Below are positions 1 to 14,200 of a DNA stretch of 64,000 bases, piece after piece. Numbering within the stretch: position 1 is the stretch's first letter; the number at the start of each line of letters is the position of its first letter. The position numbers were made by a program, and so were the translations under genes. The stretch spans positions 1 to 64,000 of the forward strand of contig JAXLNO010002167.1 of NCBI GenBank assembly GCA_038087875.1. The letters run 5' to 3'. This DNA comes from Malacoraja senta. Taxonomy: Eukaryota. The notes below the pieces were generated by a model. That model searched no databases and was not told the origin of the DNA. It saw only the letters and a list, made by a program, of their open reading frames with translations.

Positions 1-488
1 AATGGTAGTTCTCATGTTGATCATCTTAATATGTTACTTCAATTATGGTGTTGTCTGTGATTTCATACCGCTGCTTTGAAGATTGACGCGCATGCGCCCT
101 GACGGGGTTCTTCACGTAATCACCAACGTAACTCCTCATAAAATAAAGATCAAACTTCAAACTGGTAAGTTCTCGTTTAATCTTACTATTCTGATTGACA
201 AATTGAATCCAGTTTGCTCGAGATATGAGGCAGCATCTCGACCAGCTATACCAAACCACCCAACCACTGCTCAATTTAACATTAGCTATCACACACCCCA
301 ACAATTTGTCAATCAGAATTGATACCGTTCATCAACAGCTTCATCACACCCAGGCATATTTGGCAATGTTGCAAACTCAGATCTGACAATCTGCACCCAC
401 ACAGAGTATGCAGTAATGGGACTGCTTACTGAGAACCTCCATCGTCAGAAATGTAGGTGTTGAAGTGTTGAGATTATGCACATAGTAA

Positions 489-736
489 AGGGCCTGTCCC
501 ACTTTCACTACCTAATTTACGACCTCTGCCGAGTTTGCCCCTGACTCATACTCGTAGCATGGTCATCACGAGGTCGTAGGAGGCCTTAGGAGGTCGTAGG
601 TAGGTCATAGGTAGGTCGTGATGCTAGTCGTAGGTACTCGTGGCATCAAGTAGGTCGGGGCGTTTTTCTAGCCTGATGAAAAATGTCCACGAGTAAAAAA
701 GGTTGTGAATTAGGTCGTGAAAGTGGGACAGGCCCT
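489..736. mobile_element. MITE, PIF/Harbinger-like
   Basis: TIR AGGGCCTGTCCCACTTTCAC...GTGAAAGTGGGACAGGCCCT flanked by TAA on both sides. Confidence 0.8.
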
Positions 737-2182
737 TAAGCAACCTACCTCAGGATTTACAACATAACGTCCACAGTAAAAGCATTTCCGAATCAAATAA
801 TTACACAGAAACTGTTCAGGTGAAACCATTGAAGCTAACTTTTGTTACCTGCTTATAACAGAGTGCACAATTTTATAAAATGATACAACTGTACAGACTG
901 ACCATTTGCTAGGTTTAAACCTGTTGTCATAAACTAAAATTGAGGATGAGATAGCAGAGCAGTCAATAGAGGAAAACATTTTTAAAGAAATAATTTGAAA
1001 GAAAAGTTTGAGATAGGGCAAAACTAGCTGGCATTTATTTCATAGAAGATAGAACAACTAGAGAGCAATCCTGAACTACTACCTACATTGGCGACCCTTG
1101 GACTATCTTTAATCAGACTCTACTGGTCTTTATCTTGCATTAGATTTTATCCTGTTTATCATGTATCTGTATGTTGGGTTGGAAGATTGCAACCTTCACG
1201 TGGTCCGCCCTGTTTCGACGAATGCAATCAACCCAGCGTGCACAATCAAAAAAGATCAAATAGAACAAGTTGTCCTGCAACCGTAGGCTGTGCACAATAT
1301 ACTGCAGTGATGCAGTGACAGAAGATGTATCTGTATACTGTGGACAGTTCGATTGTAATCATATAGTCTTTCTGCTGACTGATTAGCACGCAAGAAAAAG
1401 CTTTTCACTGGCAAGCAATAAGTCAAACCTTTGGAACCTCCAACTAGAGGTGTCACAGGGTAAAATGTTTTTCTGCAATACAGAATCGACAGCAAAGCTA
1501 CTGACCACAATGACATCTACTCCCAGCTACAGAGCAGGCAGACCAACAGGTTGATTGTTATCTATTTTAGTTTAGTTTAGTTTATTGTCCTGCTACATCT
1601 GGCTAATCTCAAAAATATGTTGATATATCTACCAACAAGATTGGTTTACACAGATCTCATAACCCAAAACCATTACTTCAGTTTTCTCTCTTTCCCTCCA
1701 AACAGCCTTCCTCACCATTTTTTCCTTTGCAGGCTGCAAATCCACCATCTGCTCTCCCTGATCTCCTTGGCAAATCTTGTGCTGACTCTGTCAATAGAAT
1801 GCCTAGCTTCTCCCATCACTGCAGTATATTGTGACACGTGTGGGAATGGTCCTTCTTATCCTTTAGTTCATGATAGATAATTCCATTAATATTGTATCCT
1901 TTGCATAATGTGGGCTAACTGAATTTGGTAACAGATTTGGTAACTGAAGCTGAAGGTGACTGGGATCTGGTTAAGAACACAACCAGCAGAATCTTTTATA
2001 ATCTCAAGATTGAAAAACAAGTGTGGGCAACCAAGTGTACAATAGAATATGCAAATCCAGCTGAAACATTGATGAGGATATCAGCAGGGCTAGAGGGTTA
2101 GAATTGTGTGATAATACAGTGATGGAAATAAATAAATAAATGGCAAATGTGGTGCAAGATTCAACAGCATTCAACCACTTAC

Positions 2183-2242
2183 TAGTTGTGGAGCTGTTGG
2201 TTGTTGAAGTTATACGCGGCACCGTTACTGTTGATGTTGTTT
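2183..2242 (-). CDS. Linker exon A
   Basis: [19 protein letters not shown]; 60 nt; donor gtaagt. Confidence 0.72.
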
Positions 2243-5200
2243 CTATAAAACATAAAAGATGTCACAGTCGGTTATAACGCATACTGTTGCTCTATGACTG
2301 TATCAGGTTCAACTTGTTATTTTTCATTTTCAGGATACAGATGTCACCAGCAATACTGGCATTTATTGTCAATCCCCAATTTCCCCATATTGACGAGACA
2401 AAGGCAAAACTTTCCATGACCAACAAGAGACATAACTGACATACCATCTTTAAATTTCCATGACTGTGGTATGAAGAATTCTCCTGTTCTTGTACAGATT
2501 GTACAATGGAAACCAATGCCACTACTGGACAGCTGCAGCCTGAGCTAAACAGCTCTGCTTAGATATATCTTACATCCTTAACTGGAAGTAGCATTGTAGC
2601 TGCGAGAGTGGATGGAGGGTGTGCTATGAGTCAAGCTGGCCTGAGAAATTATAGACTAGTTTCACTGCTTTAATGGTATAGTCCTCTTCAGTAATGCAAA
2701 ACCCTATATCCCATAAATCGTTACAGGTGTTGTCGATTCTGTATTGCAGAAAAACATTTTACAATAAACAATTGCATTAATGCTGTACACTCAGAATAAA
2801 ACTGACTGGCTCAGATTTCTTACAGGATGCCGAATGGTGAAGGATGACTGGAATGTGGCTGAGAGCACGATAGGGAAATCAAAATAAATCTGAAGTGGGG
2901 AACAATTAAGGTGAGTTAAGAGAGTTAAAGGTTCTTCATTGTGAAAAGGGATCAAAGGAGAATATTAGAGTGTTTGAGTAGATCGGTGGATGTAGAATTG
3001 CATCTGGGACAGAGAAAGAGGGAAGGAGGATGGGAGAGTGTATGGACGGCAGCAGAGGATTAGAATTTGGAAGAAACAATGAGAAGTAGCATGGCCACAT
3101 GAAGAGGCAGGGATAATGGAGAGAATATGGGCTGGACAGTTTGTACAGAGGGGGGAAAGATGATGGATTGAAATATCTGTGGAATTCTCACTGAAACAGA
3201 ATAAAATTCCAAATGCCCTCTCAATTAATGACAGTTTCCTTGCACAAGGCTGTCATATTTACTGTAAATAGTTGTTGTGGATGCTGTACTTGGAGTTGGT
3301 GTTGGCAGAGGCTCACAGCAAAACCGAATTTTATAGTCAAGACATATCTTGACTTCCTCCAAAGGCTCTTTGGTGACTCTGCAGACCAGTCCTACGTCTG
3401 GGTCACAGGTCACATTGTCTGGTGATTCACTTAATGACCACTGAGAGAAATCGGCAAATTTGCACTCGATTTTATTAATTGTATAGGAAACGGAAGGACA
3501 CAAATCTTGTCGTATGGACTCCAGTAATTCAATATCGCCTGGACTGTCTGGAGATGGTCTATGGCCATTAAACCATGCAGACCAGCCACCAATGCAAGTC
3601 CCCTCTGGAAAAGGAGAAGCCAAGGTTCAGTTTATCTTCCAAATGTTAATTAATCAAAAGTACAGAATAAAATAGCAAAATAACTTTTCCCCATTTGATG
3701 GTATTCCTCAGTACTGGCAAGCTTTATAGCTGACAAGACTGCAGCACCTCTTCCCAGACATTGAAAATAGAACAGTACAGCACGGATATTGGCCCTTTGG
3801 CCCACAATGTTTGTGCTGAACATGATGCCTGATAATCTGATCTAATCTGCATGATCCAAATCCCTTTATTCTCTGCACTTCCACGTGCTTATCCAAAAAC
3901 CTCTTAAAGTCAACTACTATATCTGCTTCCACCACCACCCCTGGCAGAGCATTCCAGGCCCCCACCACTTTCTGTGTAAAAGAATTGCCTCAAACATTTA
4001 CATTAAACTTGTCCCATCTCACCTTATAACTATACCATCTAATGTTAGACATTTCCACCCTGGGAAATAGGTTTTGACTCCCTGCCATATCTGTGCCTCT
4101 CATAATTTTATATACTTCTATCAAGTCTCCTCTCAACCTCCGATGTTCCAGAGAAAACAATGCAAGTTTATCCAAACTCTTCCTCTAGCTGAAACCTTCT
4201 AATCTAGGTGACATTCTGGTAAACCTCCTCTGCACCCTTTCCAAAGCCTCCTCATAATTCCTGTAAAGGGGCGACCAGAATTGCATGCAATATTTCACAT
4301 GTGACCTTACCAAAGTCCTATAGAGCTGCACAATGACTTCTATGTCTCCAACAATGAAGGCTGTTGTTGTGGCTCATGTTGCAGCCCCTGGCCGGCAGCA
4401 CTTTCTTCAGGCCACTGCCAGTAACAAGATGTGCTCAATCACAGAGGGGCTCCCTCTCTTCTCACCAGCTCCACCACAGCCGGCTACTCCTTCTCCCGCG
4501 GCTTTGCCCACTCCGCCGCTCCATTGCTGCCTCCTCCTCCTTCACCCTGCAGTCCCCGACATCTTCCAAGGTGGAGTATGTCGGCGACTCCAGGGGAGAT
4601 GGATGTGGAGGGGGCAGGGAAGAGACCAAGTGCACAGAGCGATGGGGGAAAGAGGAGGAGGCAGCAGTTGAGCAGACAAAGTGAGGGTCGGCATTTAGAA
4701 GTAGCAGCTGGCGAGAGTGGAGGGAGCGCCACAATGACCAAGCACATCCTGTCATTGGCAACGGCCCTAAGAAAGCGCTGTCCCCATGGGGCTACAACAT
4801 GAGCCGCAACTGCAGCCACCTCAACCAGACTGTGCAGTAGATAAAGAAGGGCACGATGATGCACGTTGAAAGCCGGGGGTGGGGTGAGAAGCTGGGGCCG
4901 GAAGCAGAGGGGAGATGGTGTGTGCCAGGAGTTGCATTGGCTGTCGGTCAGCTAAAACCAAAACTTGTTATAAAGTGCTCTGTTAAAATGAGGGTTTACA
5001 GTACTGTGATCTTCCATATTGTAAAACCCTAATTCCCTAAGAATCTCCACCACTTCCCTCCCTGTCATTAGCCCACGGCATGTAATTTCACCTCATCCTA
5101 ATCCTGTACAAGGTGTTTCCTTTAGTTTCTCTTCAGTCCTCTTTCGTGACGTCTAAACTTTAGAAGTCACGAAAGCTTTAGACTAAAGCTCATCCTGTCT

Positions 5201-8200
5201 CCCTCCCCTCCACCTTTCTTTGCGCTACTCTTCCCAAACTGGCTGCCACACAACATCCCTTCATAGTCTTCCAATTTAACAGCAACAAGGTCCATCAGAA
5301 TTTATTTTGAAGGACAATGAAAAAGCAATAAGGAAATTAACATAAATCTGTTCCGGGCACTGACAAGGTGTGAAAGAGAGGTAGAGTTTCCTCATTGGAA
5401 AAAGAGATCGAAGAGGAATATTTGCTGCTTTCTCAATAGCCCACTCAGAGTCCTTGTGCGGAAAAATTTGGTACAAGGAGAAACAGCTGTCAATCTCTTA
5501 CCAGTTGTGTAGGTGCTGGTTGATGTAGTTGTAGGCGGTACCTTTATTGTTGTTGTTGTTGTTGTTTCTATAAAATACAAAAGATGTCACAACAAGTTAT
5601 AATACACACTGTGGCTCGATGACTTGGTATCAGGTCAAAATTTTCACTTTTCAATTTCAGGATGTAGGTGCCACCAGCAATGCTGCCATTTATTGTCAAT
5701 CGCCAATTTATTCCATATTAAGGAGACAAAGGCTAAACTTTTCACACCTAACAATAAACATTGAACATAATTTTGCAAAATATATCCCTTTAAGTTGCAA
5801 CATTATTCCAATGATGACAATATCCAAATGACTCAATTCGAGTCATCTGAGACAGAATCAGGGTGTTATTTTCTTCCAAGTAATAAATCAGGCTCCTTTG
5901 GAGACCCACTGTTACCTACCTGGTTTGTAGCTGGGAGTGGTTGTGGTCTGCATCGCTGTTGGTAAGGTTGTTTCTAGAGAGCAGACAAAAACATTTAAAT
6001 TGCACACTGAGATTCTATGCATGTGCTTCGTTCAAATGCTTGCTTCCTGCTGCATGATTCCAAGTATTAGAAAAAAACTTTGGCTAATGTTTCTACACCA
6101 CATGGAAAATAAGAGGGAGCATTGACCATTTAGCACTTTAAACCAACATGATTATGGTTGGTCATCTATCTCTCCCCATCCCCCTTGAGGACTTTTTTTG
6201 AACTTCTACAGATGAAAAAATAGAGATCATATTGACTGGTTGCATCACGGACTGGTTCGGCAACTTGAATGCCCAGGAGCGAAGAAGACTGCACAAAGTG
6301 GTGTGCATGGCCCAGTCCATGACGGGTTCCGATCTCCCCACCAACGAAGGAATTTACAGGAGTCACTGGCTCAAAAAGGCATCCAGCATAATCAGAGAAC
6401 CACACCACCTAGGCCACACATTCATTTCACCCTTGCTATCGGAAAGAAGGCACAGGAGCCTGAAAACTATAGCATCCAGGTTCACGAATAGCTTCTTCCA
6501 TGCAGCCATCAGGCTATTAATTACTACAACCTCCAAATAAGCTCTGAACTAAGACTTGGGGGTACTGGTTTTGTCTTTTTGCACTATTTTTGTTTGTTTG
6601 TGGAAAATAAGAGGGGAAATTTAAACCAAAATGGTGATGGTCATCTATCTCTCCTCATCCCCCTTGAGACCTTTTGAGCCTGGAAGTTGTTCCACCTCCA
6701 TAAATATATTCAGTGACTTGGATTCTTAAGCCTTCTTAAGTGGCAAACTCCATACGGGTCATCACCCTTTGAGTGCAAATATTATTGCTCCTCAGTCCAT
6801 AATCTCTTGCTCAATAATGGGAGACGGTGACCCTCTTAGTCTAGTCTCCACAGCGTGGGAACCCTGTCCTGTTCTGCCAGGATGTTTAAAGTTTCTATGA
6901 GCTTTGTTGTTCATTTGCTAGGTGCTAATCCACCTCCCGCTCTATTCGAAATGATCTCCCAGGCAAATCTTGCCTTATCAAGTGTTGTTTCTGTCAGTAC
7001 ATCATCCAGCGCTTCCTAGATTTACTCCCATCACTCCAGAATATTCGATCATTTGTGGGAATGGTCACTTTTATCGATTGGTTCAAGATAGGTAATTGCA
7101 TTAATGCTGTATCCTTTATGTAAACTAGACTGACCCAGATTTCTTAACTGATGAATGCTGAGTGGTATAGAACACAATCAGCAGAACTTTTTATAATCTG
7201 AAGACTGAAGAGTGAAGGCTAGAGGGTTAGAATTGTGCGATACCACAGAGATAGAAATCTCAGTAATCCATCCTCAGTAATGGAATAGATAAATGGGCCA
7301 AAGCCTGTGATTCAAGATTGTGCTTTGCCAGTTACTGGACAGGAGATGGAAGCTATGACGACAAATCAAATTTTTAAATGTGGTCTGAGGCTAAAGGCTT
7401 TGTTCTTTCTTGCATTTATTTGGAGGAAAAGTTCTGGTCATTGAGTACCGGATGTTGGGTAATCAACCTGAAAATGTAGTGGAAAAATATAGAGGAGAAA
7501 TTGGAGTGGGACATTAGAGAATCAGCACCATTACTCTTCCCGTTAATCACTGAAAGGGACATATTTCACCTCAACATAATCCTGAACATGGGACTTCCTT
7601 CAGATTTTCTCCCGTCTTCTATTGTGACTCCGAGAGCTTATCCTGTCCACCTCCCCTTGCTCTCCTTTTGCGCTACGCCTTCCAAACTGTCTACTACACC
7701 ACATACATTCAAGGCCTCTCAGTTTTAATGACAACAAGGTCCATGTGAATTTTATGGAGGTGAATGAAAAAGCGATAAGATAATCAAGATGAATCTGTAG
7801 CAGAGAGCAGATAAGGTGTGAGAGAGGGTTAAAGGAGGGAAGAGTAAGGGTTCCTCATTGGGAAAAGGAACAAAGATGGATGATAGGCCATGTTTGAGTA
7901 GATTGGTGAATGTAGAATTGCAGCTGAAAACAGATGTTGTACTTGGAATTGTTGTTGCTATATTCTCACAGCAAAATCGAATTTGATAGTCAAGACAGAC
8001 CTTGACTTCCTCCAAGGATTCTATGGAGACACTGCAGACCAGTCCTACGTCTGGGTCACAGGTCACATTGTCTGGCGATTCATTTATTGGCCATTCAGGG
8101 AAATCGGCAAATTGGCACTCGACTTTTTTAATTGTATGGTAAATGGAAGGGCACAGATCTTGCCGTATGGATTCAAGTAATTCAGTATTGCCTGGACTGT

Positions 8201-11200
8201 ATTCAGATGGTGTGTGATCATTATACCATGCAGACCAGACACCATTACATTTCCAGTCTGGAAAAGGAGAAGCTTCCTTCAAGTGTTCATTAACCAAAAG
8301 TACAAAATAAAATAGCAAGATACATATTTCCTCATTTGATGGTATTTCTCAGCACTGGCCCGGTTTATAGTTGTGAAGATGTGCAGCACCTACTCCCAAA
8401 TCTCTGAAACATTTTGCCTTCTTTTGAATCACAATATTTTTGGATGACAAGATATATTAAATCAAAATAATCTGTGGAATACTCATTTGCATTTCACATA
8501 TTGGAGGCACATAATCATGAGCCTATTTCTGCCAATTATGCACATCACTAAATATTGTATCAACTGGTGTTGAATTCTTGATCAGCACAGTCTAATGGGA
8601 ATATTCACTGAAACACAGTCCTCTGAAGATTATCCATAATTTACAACACAAAGTCCACAGCTACAATTAATTCAAAAGCAAATGTTTAGAAAATGCATTA
8701 TCTGAGAAAGCTCAGTGAAAGTTGTACGTTGCTGCTTTCTCAATGGCTCACCCAGAGACCTGTGCCGACAAACTTGGTGCAAGGATAAACAACCGTCAAT
8801 CACTTACCAGCTGTGTAGCTGCGGGCCGATGTAGTTGTGGGTGGTACCTTTGTTGTTGTTGTTTCTGTAAAACATAAAAGATGTCACGGCAAGTTATAAT
8901 GCACACTGTTCCTCGATGACTTGGTATCAGGTCCATCTTTTCATTTTTTATTTCAAGGTGTAGGTACCACCAGCAATGCAGGCATCTATTGTCAATTCAC
9001 CATTGCCCCATGTTAAGGAGGCAAGTGCTCAACCTTCCATCAGCATCCTTTTGTGTTTCCATTCATCACATTCAGTTAGATTGTCATGTTCACAATAGAT
9101 TTTCTTCTTCATGTTGCCCTTTAAATTGCAACATAAATCCAATTATGCCATCCAATCAAAGCAATCAATTAGGAAGAATAATGTGAGATAGAATCAGTGA
9201 TATTTTGTTCAAAGACGGAAGAATAAACCAGGTTCCTTTGAAGAGCAACTGTGGGCAAGAAGTACAGTAATCCCACTGTTACCCGTCTAGTTTGTAGCTG
9301 GTAGTAGATGATGTTGTTGTTTGAAACTCTTTTGGTGAAGTTGTTTCTCAATGGTGTTAAGGAGTGATAGAGAGTTAAAGAAGGGCAGAGTAAGAGTTCC
9401 TCATAGGGAAAGGTATCCAAGTTGAAGGATACTCTGTAGCTTAGATCGGTGGCTTGAGAATTACTGCTGGAAATAGACAGAGGGAAGGAGGATGAGAGAG
9501 TGTATGGACCGCAGCAGAAGGAAGTCGTCGGTGAGGGATAGAATTTTAAGAAAATGAGAAGTAGCATGGCCACATGAAGAGTGGGGATTAATGGAGAGAA
9601 TATGGGCTGGCTAGTTTGTACAGAGCTCATTAGAGGGGAAACGTGATGGATGGAAATGCATCAGGAACTCTCACTGAAACAGATAAAATTCCAAATGCCC
9701 CATCAATAAAAGACAGTATCCTTGCACATGACTGGCATATTTACCTGAAATTGTTGTTGTTGATGTTGTACTTGGAGTTGTTGTTGCTACATGCTCATAG
9801 CAAAATCGAATTTGATAGTCAAAACAGATGTTGACTTCCTCCAAAGGCTCATTGGAGACTATGCAGACCAGTCCTAAGTCTGGGTCACAGGTCACATTGT
9901 CTGGTGAATCATTTAGTGGCCAATAAGGGAAATCGACAAATTGGCACTCAACCTTTTTAATTGTACAGTAACTGGAAGGACACAGATCTTGCCGTATGGA
10001 TTCCAGTAATTCAGTATCGCCTGGACTGTATTCAGTTGGTATGTGGTCATTATACCATGCAGACCAGACACCATTACATTTCCAGTCTGGAAAAGGAGAA
10101 GCAAAGGTTCAGTTCATCTTCCTTCAAGTGTTCATTAACCAAAAGTACAAAATAAAATAGCAAGATACATATTTCCTCATTTGATGGTATTTCTCAGCAC
10201 TGGCCGGGTTTATAGTTGTGAAGATGTGCAGCACCTACTCCCAAATTCCTGAAACATTTTGCCTTCTTTTGAATCACAATATTTTTGGATGACAAGATAT
10301 ATTAAATCAAAATAATCTGTGGAATACTCATTTGCATTTCACATATTGGAGGCACATAATCATGAGCCTATTTCTGCCAATTATGCACATCACTGAATAT
10401 TATATCAACTGGTGTTGAATTCTTGATCAGCACAGTCTAATGGGAATATTCACTGAAACACAGTCCTCTGAAGATTATCCATAATTTACAACACAAAGTC
10501 CACAGCTACAATTAATTCACAAGCAAATGTTTAGAAAATGCATTATCTGAGAAAGCTGTGAAAGTTGTACGTTGCTGCTTTCTCAATGGCTCACCCAGAG
10601 ACCTGTGCCGACAAACTTGGTGCAAGGATAAACAACCGTCAATCACTTACCAGCTGTGTAGCTGCGGGTCGATGTAGTTGTGGGTGGTACCTTTGTTGTT
10701 GTTGTTTCTGTAAAACATAAAAGATGTCACGGCAAGTTATAATGCACACTGTTCCTCGATGACTTGGTATCAGGTCCATCTTTTCATTTTTTATTTCAAG
10801 GTGTAGGTACCACCAGCAATGCAGGCATCTATTGTCAATTCACCATTGCCCCATGTTAAGGAGGCAAGTGCTCAACCTTCCATCAGCATCCTTTTGTGTT
10901 TCCATTCATCACATTCAGTTAGATTGTCATGTTCACAATAGATTTTCTTCTTCATGTTGCCCTTTAAATTGCAACATAAATCCAATTATGCCATCCAATC
11001 AAAGCAATCAATTAGGAAGAATAATGTGAGATAGAATCAGTGATATTTTGTTCAAAGACGGAAGAATAAACCAGGTTCCTTTGAAGAGCAACTGTGGGCA
11101 AGAAGTACAGTAATCCCACTGTTACCCGTCTAGTTTGTAGCTGGTAGTAGATGATGTTGTTGTTTGAAACTCTTTTGGTGAAGTTGTTTCTCAATGGTGT

Positions 11201-14200
11201 TAAGGAGTGATAGAGAGTTAAAGAAGGGCAGAGTAAGAGTTCCTCATAGGGAAAGGTATCCAAGGTGAAGGATACTCTGTAGTTTAGATCGGTGGCTTGA
11301 GAATTACTGCTGGAAATAGACAGAGGGAAGGAGGATGAGAGAGTGTATGGACCGCAGCAGAAGGAAGTCGTCGGTGAGGGATAGAATTTTAAGAAAATGA
11401 GAAGTAGCATGGCCACATGAAGAGTGGGGATTAATGGAGAGAATATGGGCTGGCTAGTTTGTACAGAGCTCATTAGAGGGGAAACGTGATGGATGGAAAT
11501 GCATCAGGAACTCTCACTGAAACAGATAAAATTCCAAATGCCCCTTCAATAAAAGACAGTATCCTTGCACATGACTGGCATATTTACCTGAAATTGTTGT
11601 TGTTGATGTTGTACTTGGAGTTGTTGTTGCTACATGCTCATAGCAAAATCGAATTTGATAGTCAAAACAGATGTTGACTTCCTCCAAAGGCTCATTGGAG
11701 ACTATGCAGACCAGTCCTAAGTCTGGGTCACAGGTCACATTGTCTGGTGAATCATTTAGTGGCCAATAAGGGAAATCGACAAATTGGCACTCAACCTTTT
11801 TAATTGTACAGTAACTGGAAGGACACAGATCTTGCCGTATGGATTCCAGTAATTCAGTATCGCCTGGACTGTATTCAGTTGGTATGTGGTCATTATACCA
11901 TGCAGACCAGACACCATTACATTTCCAGTCTGGAAAAGGAGAAGCAAAGGTTCAGTTCATCTTCCTTCAAGTGTTCATTAACCAAAAGTACAAAATAAAA
12001 TAGCAAGATACATATTTCCTCATTTGATGGTATTTCTCAGCACTGGCCGGGTTTATAGTTGTGAAGATGTGCAGCACCTACTCCCAAATTCCTGAAACAT
12101 TTTGCCTTCTTTTGAATCACAATATTTTTGGATGACAAGATATATTAAATCAAAATAATCTGTGGAATACTCATTTGTATTTCACATATTGGAGGCACAT
12201 AATCATGAGCCTATTTCTGCCAATTATGCACATCACTGAATATTATATCAACTGGTGTTGAATTCTTGATCAGCACAGTCTAATGGGAATATTCACTGAA
12301 ACACAGTCCTCTGAAGATTATCCATAATTTACAACACAAAGTCCACAGCTACAATTAATTCACAAGCAAATGTTTAGAAAATGCATTATCTGAGAAAGCT
12401 GTGAAAGTTGTACGTTGCTGCTTTCTCAATGGCTCACCCAGAGACCTGTGCCGACAAACTTGGTGCAAGGATAAACAACCGTCAATCACTTACCAGCTGT
12501 GTAGCTGTGGGTCGATGTAGTTGTGGGTGGTACCTTTGTTGTTGTTGTTTCTGTAAAACATAAAAGATGTCACAGCAAGTTATAATGCACACTGTTGCTC
12601 GATGACTTGGTATCAGGTCCATCTTTTCATTTTTTATTTCAGGGTGTAGGTACCACCAGCAATGCAGGCATTTATTGCTGGTCAATTCACAATTGCCCCA
12701 TGTTAAGGAGGCAAGTGCTCAACCTTCCATCAGCATCCTTTTGTGTTACCATTCATCACATTCAGTTAGATTGTCATGTTAACAATACATTTTCTTCTTC
12801 ATGTTGCCCTTTAAATTGCAACATCAATCCAATTATGCCATCCTATCAAAGCAATCAATTAGGAAGAATAATGTGAGATAGAATCAGAGTGATATTTTGT
12901 TCAAAGACGGAAGAATAAACGAGATTCCTTTGAAGAGCAACTGTGGGCAAGAAGTACAGTAATCCCACTGTTACCTGTCTAGTTTGTAGCTGGTAGTAGA
13001 TGATGTTGTTGTCTGAAACTCTTTTGGTGAAGTTGTTTCTCAATGGTGTTAAGGAGTGATAGAGAGTTAAAGAAGGGCAGAGTAAGAGTTCCTCATAGGG
13101 AAAGGTATCAAAGTTGAAGGATACTCTGTACTTTAGATCGGTGGCTTGAGAATTACTGCTGGAAATAGACAGAGGGAAGGAGGAAGGGAGAGTGGATGGA
13201 CCGCAGCAGAAGGAAGTCGTCGGTGAGGGATAGAATTTTAAGAAAATGAGAAGTAGCATGGCCACATGAAGAGTGGGGATTAATGGAGAGAATATGGGCT
13301 GGCTAGTTTGTACAGAGCTCATTAGAGGGGAAACGTGATAGATGGAAATGCATCTGGAACTCTCACTGAAACAGAATAAAATTCCAAATGCCCCTTCAAT
13401 AAAAGACAGTATCCTTGCACATGACTGGCATATTTACCTGAAATTGTTGTTGTTGATGTTGTACTTGGAGTTATTGTTGCTACATGCTCATAGCAAAATC
13501 GAATTTGATAGTCAAGACAGATGTTGACTTCCTCCAAAGACTCATTGGAGACTGTGCAGACCAGTCCTACGTCTGGGTCACAGGTCACATTGTCTGATGT
13601 TTCATTTAGTGGCCAATAAGGGAAATCGACAAATTGACACTCAACTTCTTTAATTGTACAGTAACTGGAAGGACACAGATCTTGCCGTATGGATTCCAGT
13701 AATTCAGTATCGCCTGGACTGTATTCAGATGGTTTGTGGTTATTATACCATGCAGACCAGACACCATTACATTTCCAGTCTGGAAAAGGAGAAGCAAAGG
13801 TTCAGTTCATCTTCCTTCAAGTGTTCATTAACCAAAAGTACAAAATAAAATAGCAAGATACATATTTCCTCATTTGATGGTATTTCTCAGCACTGGCCCG
13901 GTTTATAGTTGTGAAGATGTGCAGCACCTACTCCCAAATCCCTGAAACATTTTGCCTTCTTTTGAATCACAATATTTTTGGATGACAAGATATATCAAAT
14001 CAAAATAATCTGTGGAATACTCATTTACATTTCACATATTGGAGGCACATAATCATGAGCCTATTTCTGCCAATTATGCACATCACTAAATATTATATCA
14101 ACTGGTGTTGAATTCTTGATCAGCACAGTCTAATGGGAAAATTCACCGAAACACAGTCCTCTGAAGATTATCCATAATTTACAACACAAAGTCCACAGCT

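Noticed and set aside
4333-4950. GC-rich patch with overlapping ORFs in several frames
   Set aside because: No recognisable domain; open frames are explained by GC content; probably a decayed repeat
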